DNA from: Bdellovibrionales bacterium
GTDB lineage: Bacteria; Bdellovibrionota; Bdellovibrionia; Bdellovibrionales; CAYMLA01
Length of the DNA stretch: 64,000 bases
Direction: 5' to 3'
Assembly: GCA_965217115.1 (NCBI GenBank)
Contig: OZ244239.1
Span: forward strand, 544,001-608,000
Shown in pieces: positions 1-9,467 of the stretch. Position 1 is the stretch's first letter. Each line of letters begins with the position of its first letter. The position numbers were made by a program, and so were the translations under genes. The notes below the pieces were generated by a model. The model had not been told where the DNA came from. It was given only the letters and a program-made list of their open reading frames with translations, and did no database searches.

Positions 1-35
1 TCAAAAGGAGCCTCGTCACAATAAGGGGGATTTTT

Positions 36-887
36 GTGAGAGTTCTATTCCTGATTATAGCTCTCACCCAAATATCATGGGCCTCACCCCATGGTTTTCT
101 CTACTACGGCGAAAAATTCTACCAAAATATCAAAGATCATCACAAAAATGAAAAATTAAAAAACTCTCTATTCCATATCTTAAATGAAACTCATATTGCG
201 CAGCTCAATGAAAAGCCCGATCTCATCGTCCCTAATTGCCCTGAAAATGTGAAATGCTACAGACAAAAATCTATTCCATATCGAGCCGCTCGCAAAAAAC
301 TCTTTGGTTATCTTCATTTAGAACAAAGCGGTGGAGAGTATTACGTTCTCGACGTTTATTGCCAGAAAATCTACGGCCAAACAGAATTTCCAGATGGGGA
401 ATCTCCTGGGCCTGGTCGTATTCCCTCCCCAAAATTCATAAACACAGAACACACTTGGCCCCAAAGCCGTTTTTCTAAACATTTTCCCAAACATCTGCAA
501 AAGGGCGATCTCCACGCTCTATTTCCAGTGAGCTCAAAATCTAATAATGTTCGTGGTAACATTCAGATGGGAGAACCTTCTATCATCACCAACCAAATAT
601 GCGCCAATGCATCTAGAGGACATGATAACAAACTACCTAAAAGAACCCCTTACTTTGACCCCCCAGATTCACACAAAGGCAACGCAGCCCGAGCGCTTTT
701 TTATTTTTCTGCAAGATACCAAATTCCCATTTCGGCTGAGGAAGAAAAAACCATAAAAAAATGGCACCTTCTAGATCCTGTGGATGAGTTTGAAAAATGG
801 CGTCATCAGAAAATCTATGAAATACAAAAAAACCGCAACCCTTTCATTGATCACCCAGAACTTGTTCACTCGATAAAAGATTTTTAG
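36..887 (+). CDS. Secreted endonuclease I family (His-Me finger) nuclease
   Basis: Signal peptide; motifs NTEHTWPQS, DLHALFP, NNVRGN, KGNAARALFYF, QKNRNPFIDHP. Confidence 0.9.
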   Translation: MRVLFLIIALTQISWASPHGFLYYGEKFYQNIKDHHKNEKLKNSLFHILNETHIAQLNEKPDLIVPNCPENVKCYRQKSIPYRAARKKLFGYLHLEQSGGEYYVLDVYCQKIYGQTEFPDGESPGPGRIPSPKFINTEHTWPQSRFSKHFPKHLQKGDLHALFPVSSKSNNVRGNIQMGEPSIITNQICANASRGHDNKLPKRTPYFDPPDSHKGNAARALFYFSARYQIPISAEEEKTIKKWHLLDPVDEFEKWRHQKIYEIQKNRNPFIDHPELVHSIKDF

Positions 888-911
888 CCTGTGCCGCCGT
901 TTGGCTTATCC

Positions 912-1184
912 CTACAATGATAATAAACCAGAAATTTTAGAAGCCTTCTGATAAATATCTATAATATCACCACTGGATACAAATATCTTTTCTAAAGTCA
1001 CGGCCACATAAGCTCCCTTGCTCGAAGGCCTCACACTCACCTCGGCACCGGGTACCAACAAGATAACTTCATTTTCACGATCACTAGGAATAATGAACTT
1101 AAAAGTGTACTTCAAAGGCCACTCTTCATTTTCTAAGAGCTTTTTTAAATTCTGTAGTTTGCCCTTCTCATCCGTAGATTCCAT
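912..1184 (-). CDS. DUF493/YbeD-like small protein
   Basis: WPLKYTFKFIIP ... SSKGAYVAVTL ... IYQKASKISGLLSL pattern. Confidence 0.75.
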   Translation of the reverse strand: MESTDEKGKLQNLKKLLENEEWPLKYTFKFIIPSDRENEVILLVPGAEVSVRPSSKGAYVAVTLEKIFVSSGDIIDIYQKASKISGLLSL

Positions 1185-1194
1185 TTTTATTTAC

Positions 1195-2259
1195 CTATTG
1201 CAGGATACCTATACTATTTAAGTCTTCCAAAGAGCGAGAGAGACGCTGGGAAAATATTTCCTCACCTGAGCGCAGCCACTTACGAGGGTCATAAAATTTC
1301 TTATTCGGCCTATCATCGCCATCAGGATTACCAATCTGAGATTGTAAATATCCCTGATTATCATTGTAATAGTCCCTCACCCCATCCCAAAAAGCCCACT
1401 GCAAGTCGGTGTCGATATTCATCTTCACAACCCCGTAACTAATGGCCTCACGGATTTCATCACGGGAAGAACCCGATCCTCCATGGAAAACAAAGTTCAC
1501 GGGATTCGACTCTTGTTTTAATTTATTTTTTATATAATCTTGAGAGTTTTTAAGAATAATAGGGGTCAAATGAACATTGCCCGGTTTATAAACTCCATGC
1601 ACATTACCAAAAGAAGCTGCAATGGTAAAATTATCACTCACTTTTTTTAACTGTTCATAGGAGAAACACACCTCATCTGGTTGAGTGTAAAGTTTAGAAT
1701 TATCTATATCCGTGTTGTCCACACCGTCTTCCTCTCCGCCCGTCACTCCTAACTCAATCTCAATACCCGTATTAATTTTTTCCATTCGCTTAAAATATTT
1801 TACACAAGTTGTTATGTTCTCTTCTAAAGTTTCTTCGGAGAGATCAAGCATATGGGAGCTAAAAAGTGGTTTACCATTTTTCTCAAAGAATTTTTCTCCC
1901 TCCTCAATCAGTCCATCAATCCAGGGAAGTAATTTTCTAGCCGCATGATCCGTGTGTAAAATCACCGGGACACCATACTTTTCAGCCATCAAATGCACAT
2001 GATAAGCCGCAGAAATCGCCCCAGCCACTGCCCCTCTCTCCCCTTCATTAGAAAGTCCCTTACCTGCAAAAAAATGAGCTCCGCCATTGGACAATTGGAT
2101 AATAATAGGAGATTTAAGCCTCTTAGCTGTCTCTAAAACTGAATTCACCGAATTTGTTCCAATCACATTCACAGCGGGTAACGCAAAACTCTTTTCCTTT
2201 GCATAGCTATAAAGCTCTAGCATCTGTGAACCATGTAAAACACCTGAATTGAGCTTCAT
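1195..2259 (-). CDS. fbaA: Class II fructose-bisphosphate aldolase
   Basis: ALPAVNV, VILHTDH, SSHMLDLSEE, FVFHGGSGS, KMNIDTD motifs; ORF opens at 2292 but MKLNSG at 2259 is the likelier start. Confidence 0.96.
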   Translation of the reverse strand: MKLNSGVLHGSQMLELYSYAKEKSFALPAVNVIGTNSVNSVLETAKRLKSPIIIQLSNGGAHFFAGKGLSNEGERGAVAGAISAAYHVHLMAEKYGVPVILHTDHAARKLLPWIDGLIEEGEKFFEKNGKPLFSSHMLDLSEETLEENITTCVKYFKRMEKINTGIEIELGVTGGEEDGVDNTDIDNSKLYTQPDEVCFSYEQLKKVSDNFTIAASFGNVHGVYKPGNVHLTPIILKNSQDYIKNKLKQESNPVNFVFHGGSGSSRDEIREAISYGVVKMNIDTDLQWAFWDGVRDYYNDNQGYLQSQIGNPDGDDRPNKKFYDPRKWLRSGEEIFSQRLSRSLEDLNSIGILQ

Positions 2260-2378
2260 ACTCTTATCCCCATAAAAAAACCTCTTCTCCATTCCCTAAC
2301 AAACCACTAAATCCACAAAAAGCCATACTTAAGATACTCTGCTTGAAAAAAACAAGTATACGTTCGATTATAGAGCTT

Positions 2379-3698
2379 ATGGGAAAGGTTATATTCTACA
2401 TTTACAGGCTCATCTACTTCCTTCTGCGCTTCACTCTGCCACCTCTGGCCTCTGTCTTCAATGAAAAAATCAGAATAGGAGTTCAATTACGTCAGAAATC
2501 TTGGACTTTCCCTGAAAATCTAAGAACAAGTCCCAATAATAGATTCTGGTTTCATTGCTCTTCTGGAGAGTTTGAGTATGCCAAACCTATTATAAGAACT
2601 CTCAAAAAAGAATATCCACAATCCACCATCATCGTCACTTATTTCTCTCCCTCCTACCGAGAGAATATCCAACAATCCATCGATGTCGATTACAGCTATC
2701 CTCTTCCATGGGATCAACCAAAACCCATTCAAGCTTTTTTAAAAAAGACCAACCCCTCGCGATTAATTATTATCAAAACAGACCTGTGGCCTGAACTCAT
2801 TTATCAAGTTCACCGACAGAAAATCCCTCTTTTTCTTGTCGCTGCTAACTTTTATCAACACACAAAAATAACTAACCGCATATTTCGTCCCTTGTACCGT
2901 TTTCTACTCTCTCATTTTAAACATATTTCCTGTATTAGCTCCGAGGATCAAAAAATCCTGCATAAAATATCCCCCCAAACGTCCTCTTCCTGTGATGGTG
3001 ACCCTCGCTATGAACAAGTGTTCCATCGTTTACAAACATCTTCTTTAATAAAGATCGCTCTTAAAAAAAACATCCAGAGAAGCAAAACTTTTATTATGGG
3101 CTCAACTTGGCCCCAAGATGATAAAGAGCTTTTTATCGCTATGGAAAAGTTACGCTCAAAGGATTCTGGGTTTTCTTTTATTCTTGTTCCCCATGAGTTA
3201 AATACAAATAAACTCCTTTATCTCTGCGACAAGCTCACCGAACTTAACTTCACTGTTCGCTTTTACTCTGAGACATCGGTTTGGCACCCCGGGGAAATCC
3301 TCCTTGTCGATCAAAGAGGACTTCTTGCACAATTATACACTTGGGCAGCATACGCCTTTGTTGGCGGATCTTTCAAAAAGTCTATTCACAGTGTCATGGA
3401 ACCACTGTCTGTAGGTTGTCTCACTTTTGTTGGCCCCTATAACTATAACAATCGTGAAGCACAACTCTTTAAAAAGTATCACTTAACAGCACCCTCAAGC
3501 CATCAAGACTCAGATCGTGAAAACTCTTCCATCTCTCCAGTTATCGAAGTCAAAGACGGCTCTGCCATCTATGAAAATATAATCACACTGCAAAAAAGCC
3601 CTGTCCCTGAAGAAGTGGACCATATCTCTGAAGAAATTATTTCTTTCGTTAAAAAAAATCTCGGTGCTTCGCAGAAGATACTTGAATCCATTGCTTAA
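2379..3698 (+). CDS. waaA: 3-deoxy-D-manno-octulosonate (Kdo) transferase
   Basis: WFHCSSGEF, YPLPWD, AFVGGSF, HSVMEP motifs; ORF opens at 2343. Confidence 0.88.
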   Translation: MGKVIFYIYRLIYFLLRFTLPPLASVFNEKIRIGVQLRQKSWTFPENLRTSPNNRFWFHCSSGEFEYAKPIIRTLKKEYPQSTIIVTYFSPSYRENIQQSIDVDYSYPLPWDQPKPIQAFLKKTNPSRLIIIKTDLWPELIYQVHRQKIPLFLVAANFYQHTKITNRIFRPLYRFLLSHFKHISCISSEDQKILHKISPQTSSSCDGDPRYEQVFHRLQTSSLIKIALKKNIQRSKTFIMGSTWPQDDKELFIAMEKLRSKDSGFSFILVPHELNTNKLLYLCDKLTELNFTVRFYSETSVWHPGEILLVDQRGLLAQLYTWAAYAFVGGSFKKSIHSVMEPLSVGCLTFVGPYNYNNREAQLFKKYHLTAPSSHQDSDRENSSISPVIEVKDGSAIYENIITLQKSPVPEEVDHISEEIISFVKKNLGASQKILESIA

Positions 3699-3714
3699 AG
3701 GAGAGAGTTTACTA

Positions 3715-4386
3715 ATGAAAAGATATAAACACCGTCTTATTAATGCCATTCTAACTATCAGCTTTAGTCTCTTTAGCTATAACGTCCAAGCTGCCTACTA
3801 TGCTTGCCATAATGAAAAAAGAGATGGAACTATACTATTTTCTTGGGATAAATCAGAGTTGCGGGTAGAAAAAAACACTTTCCTCTATAAGTCTTTTAAC
3901 TCTCCATTATACAGTGAACAGCTCAATACAAAAACAAAAAGTGGCAGTTATAATATACGGAAATCCAAAAACATGATCACATTAACTTATGTTGGCTTAA
4001 CTGCAAAAGCCAAGGTTAAACATCCATCTGGACAATTAACACCCGACTCACCTAAAATACAAAATATTACAAATTTACAAAAAGCAGTTCGTTATCATGC
4101 TGTTTTTTTTTCTTTAACCAAATATACATTTGATCTAAAAAAGAAATCTTTAACTTTATCTCTCCAAGACCTCTATCCTCCAAAAGAGGTTACAAAACAA
4201 AAATTTAAACAAAACAGGGGGAAAATCAAAATTTCTCACACAGGGAAGGCGACGAAGAGAGAAATAGACACTGTGTTCCCTGATACTAAACATATAAACA
4301 CTTATTTATATCCCCATTGCGAAGAAGAAGGTGTTATAAAAAACTGGCTCCGTTATTTTTACAATATCTTTTCATATGTTTGGTAA
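3715..4386 (+). CDS. Hypothetical secreted protein
   Basis: GGAGAG then ATG at 3715; signal peptide ending VQA. Confidence 0.7.
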   Translation: MKRYKHRLINAILTISFSLFSYNVQAAYYACHNEKRDGTILFSWDKSELRVEKNTFLYKSFNSPLYSEQLNTKTKSGSYNIRKSKNMITLTYVGLTAKAKVKHPSGQLTPDSPKIQNITNLQKAVRYHAVFFSLTKYTFDLKKKSLTLSLQDLYPPKEVTKQKFKQNRGKIKISHTGKATKREIDTVFPDTKHINTYLYPHCEEEGVIKNWLRYFYNIFSYVW

Positions 4387-4602
4387 ACAGGCTCCCATCG
4401 TTTTCCCACCGCTCAATTAAACTGTGGAAAGCGAAATCAAGTACGAACAACTTGTTCTTCTGTAAGTTTTTTCTTCATTTGAGGTTTCTCTGTGCTTTTT
4501 GACACAGATGGACTCAATGTGCAAGTTTCCCCGTTTTCGGAAGAACATCACTTAAGTAAACGAGTGTTTGAGTGCAAATCTAAAATATGGTACTCGTGTA
4601 TT

Positions 4603-5082
4603 GTGACAAAAGATAAAATAGCTCCTTCTAATAAATGGCATGTCCGTTTTCTCAAACTTGCCTTTGAAATTGCCTCATGGTCCAAGGACCGATCAACCAA
4701 AGTGGGGGCCGTTATTATCGGGCCCGACAAAGACCCCCGCTCTTTTGGTTACAACGGTTTTCCTCGTGATGTGAACGATAGTGTTGATGCTAGACACGAA
4801 CGTCCTCTCAAATACGCATGGACCGAACACGCAGAAAAAAATGCTCTTGCAAATTGCGCCCGCGTCGGAATACCTACAAAGAACTGTTCTATTTATATCA
4901 CCCATTTTCCCTGCTCAAATTGTTCACGCATGATCATTCAATCAGGAATTAAAGAGGTGGTTGTCGACTCAGCATCTATTAATAATGATTTCGGTCAACG
5001 CTGGGATGAAGACCTAAAAATCTCCAAAGAGATGCTCACCGAAGCAAACGTAGATATTCAATTTATTGATTTAAACCCATAG
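4603..5082 (+). CDS. dCMP deaminase / ComEB family zinc deaminase
   Basis: SKDRSTKVGAVI, GYNGFP, HAEKNA, PCSNC; start uncertain (ORF opens at 4492). Confidence 0.9.
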   Translation: MTKDKIAPSNKWHVRFLKLAFEIASWSKDRSTKVGAVIIGPDKDPRSFGYNGFPRDVNDSVDARHERPLKYAWTEHAEKNALANCARVGIPTKNCSIYITHFPCSNCSRMIIQSGIKEVVVDSASINNDFGQRWDEDLKISKEMLTEANVDIQFIDLNP

Positions 5083-5098
5083 AACTGAGCCGTGCTTT

Positions 5099-5746
5099 TC
5101 AATCCTTAATCACTAACTTATTGGGCAGCTCATTTACATCGTCAGGTTTAATAGGGAAATATTCACCCAGAATTTCTCCGCACTTGTGAATTCCCTTGGT
5201 CAATCCCCTCACCATATCTCGATCCTTAATTCCACTTAAAATATCATTCATCACTCCACACCAAACATCAGAGCCCTGTATTTTCCTATCAATGGCATCA
5301 TCAGCCAACACCACCACCTGTCTTTCCAGTAGAGAGATAAAGAGTAAAATTCCTGTTCCGTCACGGGTTTGCGTGATGTTAGATTGATAGAATTCCAATT
5401 GAGCCCTCTCAAACACCTGTCTCTGTCGATCAGGCAAAGGCACCAAAACCCTCTGCAAATAGTTGCAACGACTGCCAAGAATGGCCGTTAAAACGGCTGC
5501 AAGAAACACAACCAACATTCCCTGCCAGAAAACAATCCCTGATAAAACAATGATCCAACCTAAAGCCATCACTCCCAAAAACAAAATCAATGGCACATGG
5601 CCCACCGTGCTCGAACTACGCACAATCACCGGAACAATCTCTCCGGCCGTTTGTAACTCAGCCTTAGCCACAGCTTTTTGGATATCTTCTATCTTCTGAA
5701 CATCTAAATAAGACTTTAACCAATAGGGTATCGCCATCATCACCAA
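5099..5746 (-). CDS. TPM-domain membrane protein
   Basis: AELQTAGEIVPVI, TGILLFISLLER, NELPN; next to lemA. Confidence 0.88.
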   Translation of the reverse strand: MVMMAIPYWLKSYLDVQKIEDIQKAVAKAELQTAGEIVPVIVRSSSTVGHVPLILFLGVMALGWIIVLSGIVFWQGMLVVFLAAVLTAILGSRCNYLQRVLVPLPDRQRQVFERAQLEFYQSNITQTRDGTGILLFISLLERQVVVLADDAIDRKIQGSDVWCGVMNDILSGIKDRDMVRGLTKGIHKCGEILGEYFPIKPDDVNELPNKLVIKD

Positions 5747-6519
5747 CCTCCAGAGGCGCCACCGCCACTAAAACCGCCACCACCACCAGAGAAACCGCCA
5801 AAACCGCCGCCGCCACCACGTCTTCCACCACTCAACAGACTAATAAAAAGCAGTGTTCTAAAAGTAGGACTCACGATGGCCATCACGATAACTAGTAAAA
5901 ACAATATAATCTCAAAAAGGCCCATGGATTTTTTCTGTCGTGATTTTTTCCCATGGACCTGACCTTTTGCCGCTGTCCCAGAAAGCCCCTTCCAATTAGC
6001 ATCAGGATGGGCGTAACGTAAAATCTGAAAAACTCCAGCCATCACCCCGTTATCAAATTGCCCACGCTTAAAATGGGGCGTTATCACATCTCCAATCACT
6101 CGTTTTGAATAGGCATCTGTTAAGTTACCCTCAAGGCCCTCCCCTACTTCAATACGCATTTTACGCTCTTTTTTAGCGATCAATAATAAAACGCCATTGT
6201 CTTCTTTCTTTGATCCTAATTTCCATTTTTCCACCACACGCAGAGACAAAGACTCTATCGGTTCGTCCTCTAAACTAGGAACAACCAATACAACCAACTG
6301 GGTTCCCATCTGTTTTTTGACTTGATGTAAGAGACCTCTCAATCTCCGAACTGTCGGTTTTTGTAACAAACCCGCTTGGTCCATCACAGGAGCTGTTAGA
6401 CGGGGAATCGTCACTGACTTTGTTTCAGCCTCTCCAACTCCGCAAAAGGAGAGAATTGTAAAAAGAAAGAGGGCTCTTCTTAAAACCTCAGCGCTGTTTT
6501 GCCACCGCCATAAAAGCAT
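5740..6519 (-). CDS. TPM-domain protein (YgcG family)
   Basis: DNGVLLLIA, RIEVGEGLEG, Gly-rich C-terminus GGGASGGW. Confidence 0.9.
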   Translation of the reverse strand: MLLWRWQNSAEVLRRALFLFTILSFCGVGEAETKSVTIPRLTAPVMDQAGLLQKPTVRRLRGLLHQVKKQMGTQLVVLVVPSLEDEPIESLSLRVVEKWKLGSKKEDNGVLLLIAKKERKMRIEVGEGLEGNLTDAYSKRVIGDVITPHFKRGQFDNGVMAGVFQILRYAHPDANWKGLSGTAAKGQVHGKKSRQKKSMGLFEIILFLLVIVMAIVSPTFRTLLFISLLSGGRRGGGGGFGGFSGGGGGFSGGGASGGW

Positions 6520-6520
6520 C

Positions 6521-7108
6521 CTAAAATTTCACTTCAGGTGTTTGTTCCACGGCTTTCACATCAGCCACTGTCCATTGAGCCATTTTGCTATGACCATAGA
6601 CAATACTGTTAGTCCAGCTACTGGGAGGCACTGTTACGAGATCATTGAATTCTTTGATCGATTCAATCAAGCGTTGACGGGCCACAGTGATTCGATTCTC
6701 TGTCCCCTCCAACTGTGATTGCAGATCACGAAAATTAGCATCTGCCTTTAATTGTGGGTATCTCTCGGCCACCACCATTAATCGCCCCAACGCTTGGCTT
6801 AAACCACCTTGAGCTGCTTGAAACTGTTTAATCTGCTTTGCAGAACTTCGACTCGGGTCAATTGTTACTTGAGTGGCCTTAGCACGGGCATTGATCACTG
6901 CCTGTAAAGTCTCCTTCTCATGGTTGGCATAACCTTTCACCGTCTTTACTAAGTTAGGAATTAAATCTGCACGACGTTTATACTGATTCGTGACCTGAGC
7001 CTGTTTAGCATCCACTTCATTTTTCGCTCTTGGAATCGATTGAACTCCACAACCAGCAATAACCAAAGAAAACAGACAAATTACGACCTTTAAATATTTC
7101 ACAACCAC
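6521..7108 (-). CDS. lemA: LemA family lipoprotein
   Basis: QYKRRADLIPNLV, LEGTENRITVAR; lipobox IAGC. Confidence 0.93.
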   Translation of the reverse strand: MVVKYLKVVICLFSLVIAGCGVQSIPRAKNEVDAKQAQVTNQYKRRADLIPNLVKTVKGYANHEKETLQAVINARAKATQVTIDPSRSSAKQIKQFQAAQGGLSQALGRLMVVAERYPQLKADANFRDLQSQLEGTENRITVARQRLIESIKEFNDLVTVPPSSWTNSIVYGHSKMAQWTVADVKAVEQTPEVKF

Positions 7109-7129
7109 TTCTTCACCCCTTAATTTAAA

Positions 7130-7612
7130 TTACAAATCTGATTTATTCTCCTTAATCCAATTCAATACATCATCATGATGGGTTTTGGTCTTCACTTTAT
7201 CAAAGACATGCTTTACTCGCCCGTCTTTACCAATAATAAAAGTGGTTCTCAATATACCCATAAATTCCTTACCCATGAATTTCTTACTTCCCCATGTCCC
7301 ATATTTCTCAGCAACTTTATGACCCTCGTCAGACAGCAAATCAAAATTAAGATCATATTTATTTGTAAATTTGGTTAATTTATCTGGCATATCAGGACTG
7401 ATTCCCAATACAACAGCTCCTTGACGAGTGTAATCTCCCTTCACATCACGCAATCCACAGGATTGGACCGTACATCCTGGAGTCAGAGCTCTAGGATAAA
7501 AGTACAACACAACGATCTTATCATCGCGATAATTTTTTAAAGAGATTTTCTCTTCATCTTGATTATTCAACGTAAATACTGGTGCAACATTACTAATTCT
7601 TATCAGTGCCAT
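7130..7612 (-). CDS. bcp: Thioredoxin-dependent thiol peroxidase BCP
   Basis: YFYPRALTPGCTVQSC. Confidence 0.93.
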   Translation of the reverse strand: MALIRISNVAPVFTLNNQDEEKISLKNYRDDKIVVLYFYPRALTPGCTVQSCGLRDVKGDYTRQGAVVLGISPDMPDKLTKFTNKYDLNFDLLSDEGHKVAEKYGTWGSKKFMGKEFMGILRTTFIIGKDGRVKHVFDKVKTKTHHDDVLNWIKENKSDL

Positions 7613-7838
7613 AACAAATCCCATGAAAATAGATACTTTTGCCCATGCATCATTCTATAATAATTCATACCCGTCAATTGGTAACTATTGTTTAGATACG
7701 GCACTAGAAAGGATCTCGCTAAAATCCTTGTTGTATGCAATGCGATATATTCAAGTTTTTTGATGGGATCCGTTTGATCTCTGTAAAAAAAGGTGGGTTA
7801 ATTACAGGCTGAACAGCAGGTAACACTAATATGGGGGA

Positions 7839-9371
7839 GTGGTTATGATTTTTCGCTTATTTCTTACAGGTTTCATGGCATTTACGATGCACGCAAATGC
7901 AGCAGAGTACCTTGTTAAATACAAAGACACGGACAGTGGCACTCTGAAAATTGCCCTACAAAAATTGGACAGTTTACAAATCCTCGATACTCACGCTAGG
8001 GGGAGACTCCTAAAAGTGGATATTGATAGAAGCGAAGAGGCCGCGACTTTAATTTCAATTACAAAGAGGGCCGAGGTTGAGTACGTTGTCCCTAACTTTA
8101 AACTCCACGCTTTTCGCGCACCTATTCATATTCAAGCACTAAAAAAACAATGGGCCAATGATAAGGTCAATGCCTCAACTGCTTGGACATTAGCTGGCAA
8201 TAAGGGTTCTAAAGACGTTATCGTCGCCGTTATAGATACTGGTGTTGATTACAACCACGAGTCTTTAAGAACTAACATGCTTCCGGGCTACGATTTCCGT
8301 GACAATGATGACGACCCAATGGATGAAACCAGCTCTCGCAACCCAGGCCATGGAACACATTGTTCTGGCTCCGTGGGGGGCACGGGTGATGTTGACGGAG
8401 GGATTCAAGGTTTGTCTCCCCTCGTTTCAATTCTGCCCATTCGCTTTCTCGGATCTGATGGCTCTGGAGATCTTATGAATGGAATCAAGTCCATTGATTA
8501 TGCCATTCAAAAAGGCGCCCATATTATTTCTGCTAGCTGGGGTGCTCCTGTTAGTCGTTCAGATGCCAAGGCTCTTATTGAAGCCGTGCAACGAGCCGAT
8601 GACGCTGGAGTTATTTTTATCGCTGCTGCCGCCAATGAAGGCAAAAACAACGATTCAAGGGATATTTTTCCGGCCAATTCAGGAACTCCTAATATGATTG
8701 CAGTGGCTGCTTCTAATAAAGATGACAACAAGCCCAGCTGGTCTAACTTCGGTTTATCTTCTGTTGATATTTCAGCACCAGGCCACAATATCTTAAGCAC
8801 ACTACCAAAAAATAAGTATGGTAATCTTTCAGGGACTTCCATGGCGACTCCTCTTCTTGCAGGACTCGTTGCATTGCTTAAAGCACAGAACAGAGATCTT
8901 ACAGGCCTTCAAGTCAAAGCGCTTATGCAGAGCACAGCTAAGCAAATAGACATAAAAATCGCCTGTAACTGTCGTGTGGATGCTGGGGCAGCGATGAAAG
9001 CACTCGTTGAAGAGAAGATGATTGTTGTTCCTGCTGCGACAACAGTAGAAGTGAACGGAACTCAGAAGTTTGAAGCTCTTAACGGAGTTGGCCCTTTTAA
9101 GTTTTCGGTTGCTGATACTGCTGTTGCCACTATCTCAGCAGATGGTGTTTTAACTGCAAAAGCAGATGGAGAAACACAGGTTACGATCACTGATGCCAAC
9201 AATGTAAAAGCCCAATCACTTAAAATTCGAGTGGGCAAGAAAGACTCTGGCGACGGCGGCGGCGGCGGTGGTGGTGGTGGTGGTGGCGCCGGTCAATGTC
9301 CTCTGCCAAACCCCGCACAGTGTGAGCAAATCTGCAAACTTATACCTTCATTGCCGTGGTGTAAAAAGTAA
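7839..9371 (+). CDS. Secreted S8 subtilisin-like serine protease with Ig-like domain and Gly/Cys-rich tail
   Basis: Catalytic triad VIDTG / GHGTH / GTSMA; signal peptide. Confidence 0.93.
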   Translation: MVMIFRLFLTGFMAFTMHANAAEYLVKYKDTDSGTLKIALQKLDSLQILDTHARGRLLKVDIDRSEEAATLISITKRAEVEYVVPNFKLHAFRAPIHIQALKKQWANDKVNASTAWTLAGNKGSKDVIVAVIDTGVDYNHESLRTNMLPGYDFRDNDDDPMDETSSRNPGHGTHCSGSVGGTGDVDGGIQGLSPLVSILPIRFLGSDGSGDLMNGIKSIDYAIQKGAHIISASWGAPVSRSDAKALIEAVQRADDAGVIFIAAAANEGKNNDSRDIFPANSGTPNMIAVAASNKDDNKPSWSNFGLSSVDISAPGHNILSTLPKNKYGNLSGTSMATPLLAGLVALLKAQNRDLTGLQVKALMQSTAKQIDIKIACNCRVDAGAAMKALVEEKMIVVPAATTVEVNGTQKFEALNGVGPFKFSVADTAVATISADGVLTAKADGETQVTITDANNVKAQSLKIRVGKKDSGDGGGGGGGGGGGAGQCPLPNPAQCEQICKLIPSLPWCKK

Positions 9372-9388
9372 TCACAGGGCAGTGCTTT

Positions 9389-9426
9389 AAAAAAAAAGGG
9401 TCTCTAAAAATGGAGACCCTTTTTTT
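9389..9426. terminator. Bidirectional intrinsic terminator
   Basis: A-tract, GGGTCTC...GAGACCC stem, T-tract between convergent genes. Confidence 0.85.
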
Positions 9427-9467
9427 ATGCATTTTTTAAAGAAGATTCTACCTCCCTCAGACAGCCA

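Noticed and set aside
4492..5082. Anti-phage dCTP deaminase
   Set aside because: Single short deaminase domain with no N-terminal P-loop kinase domain
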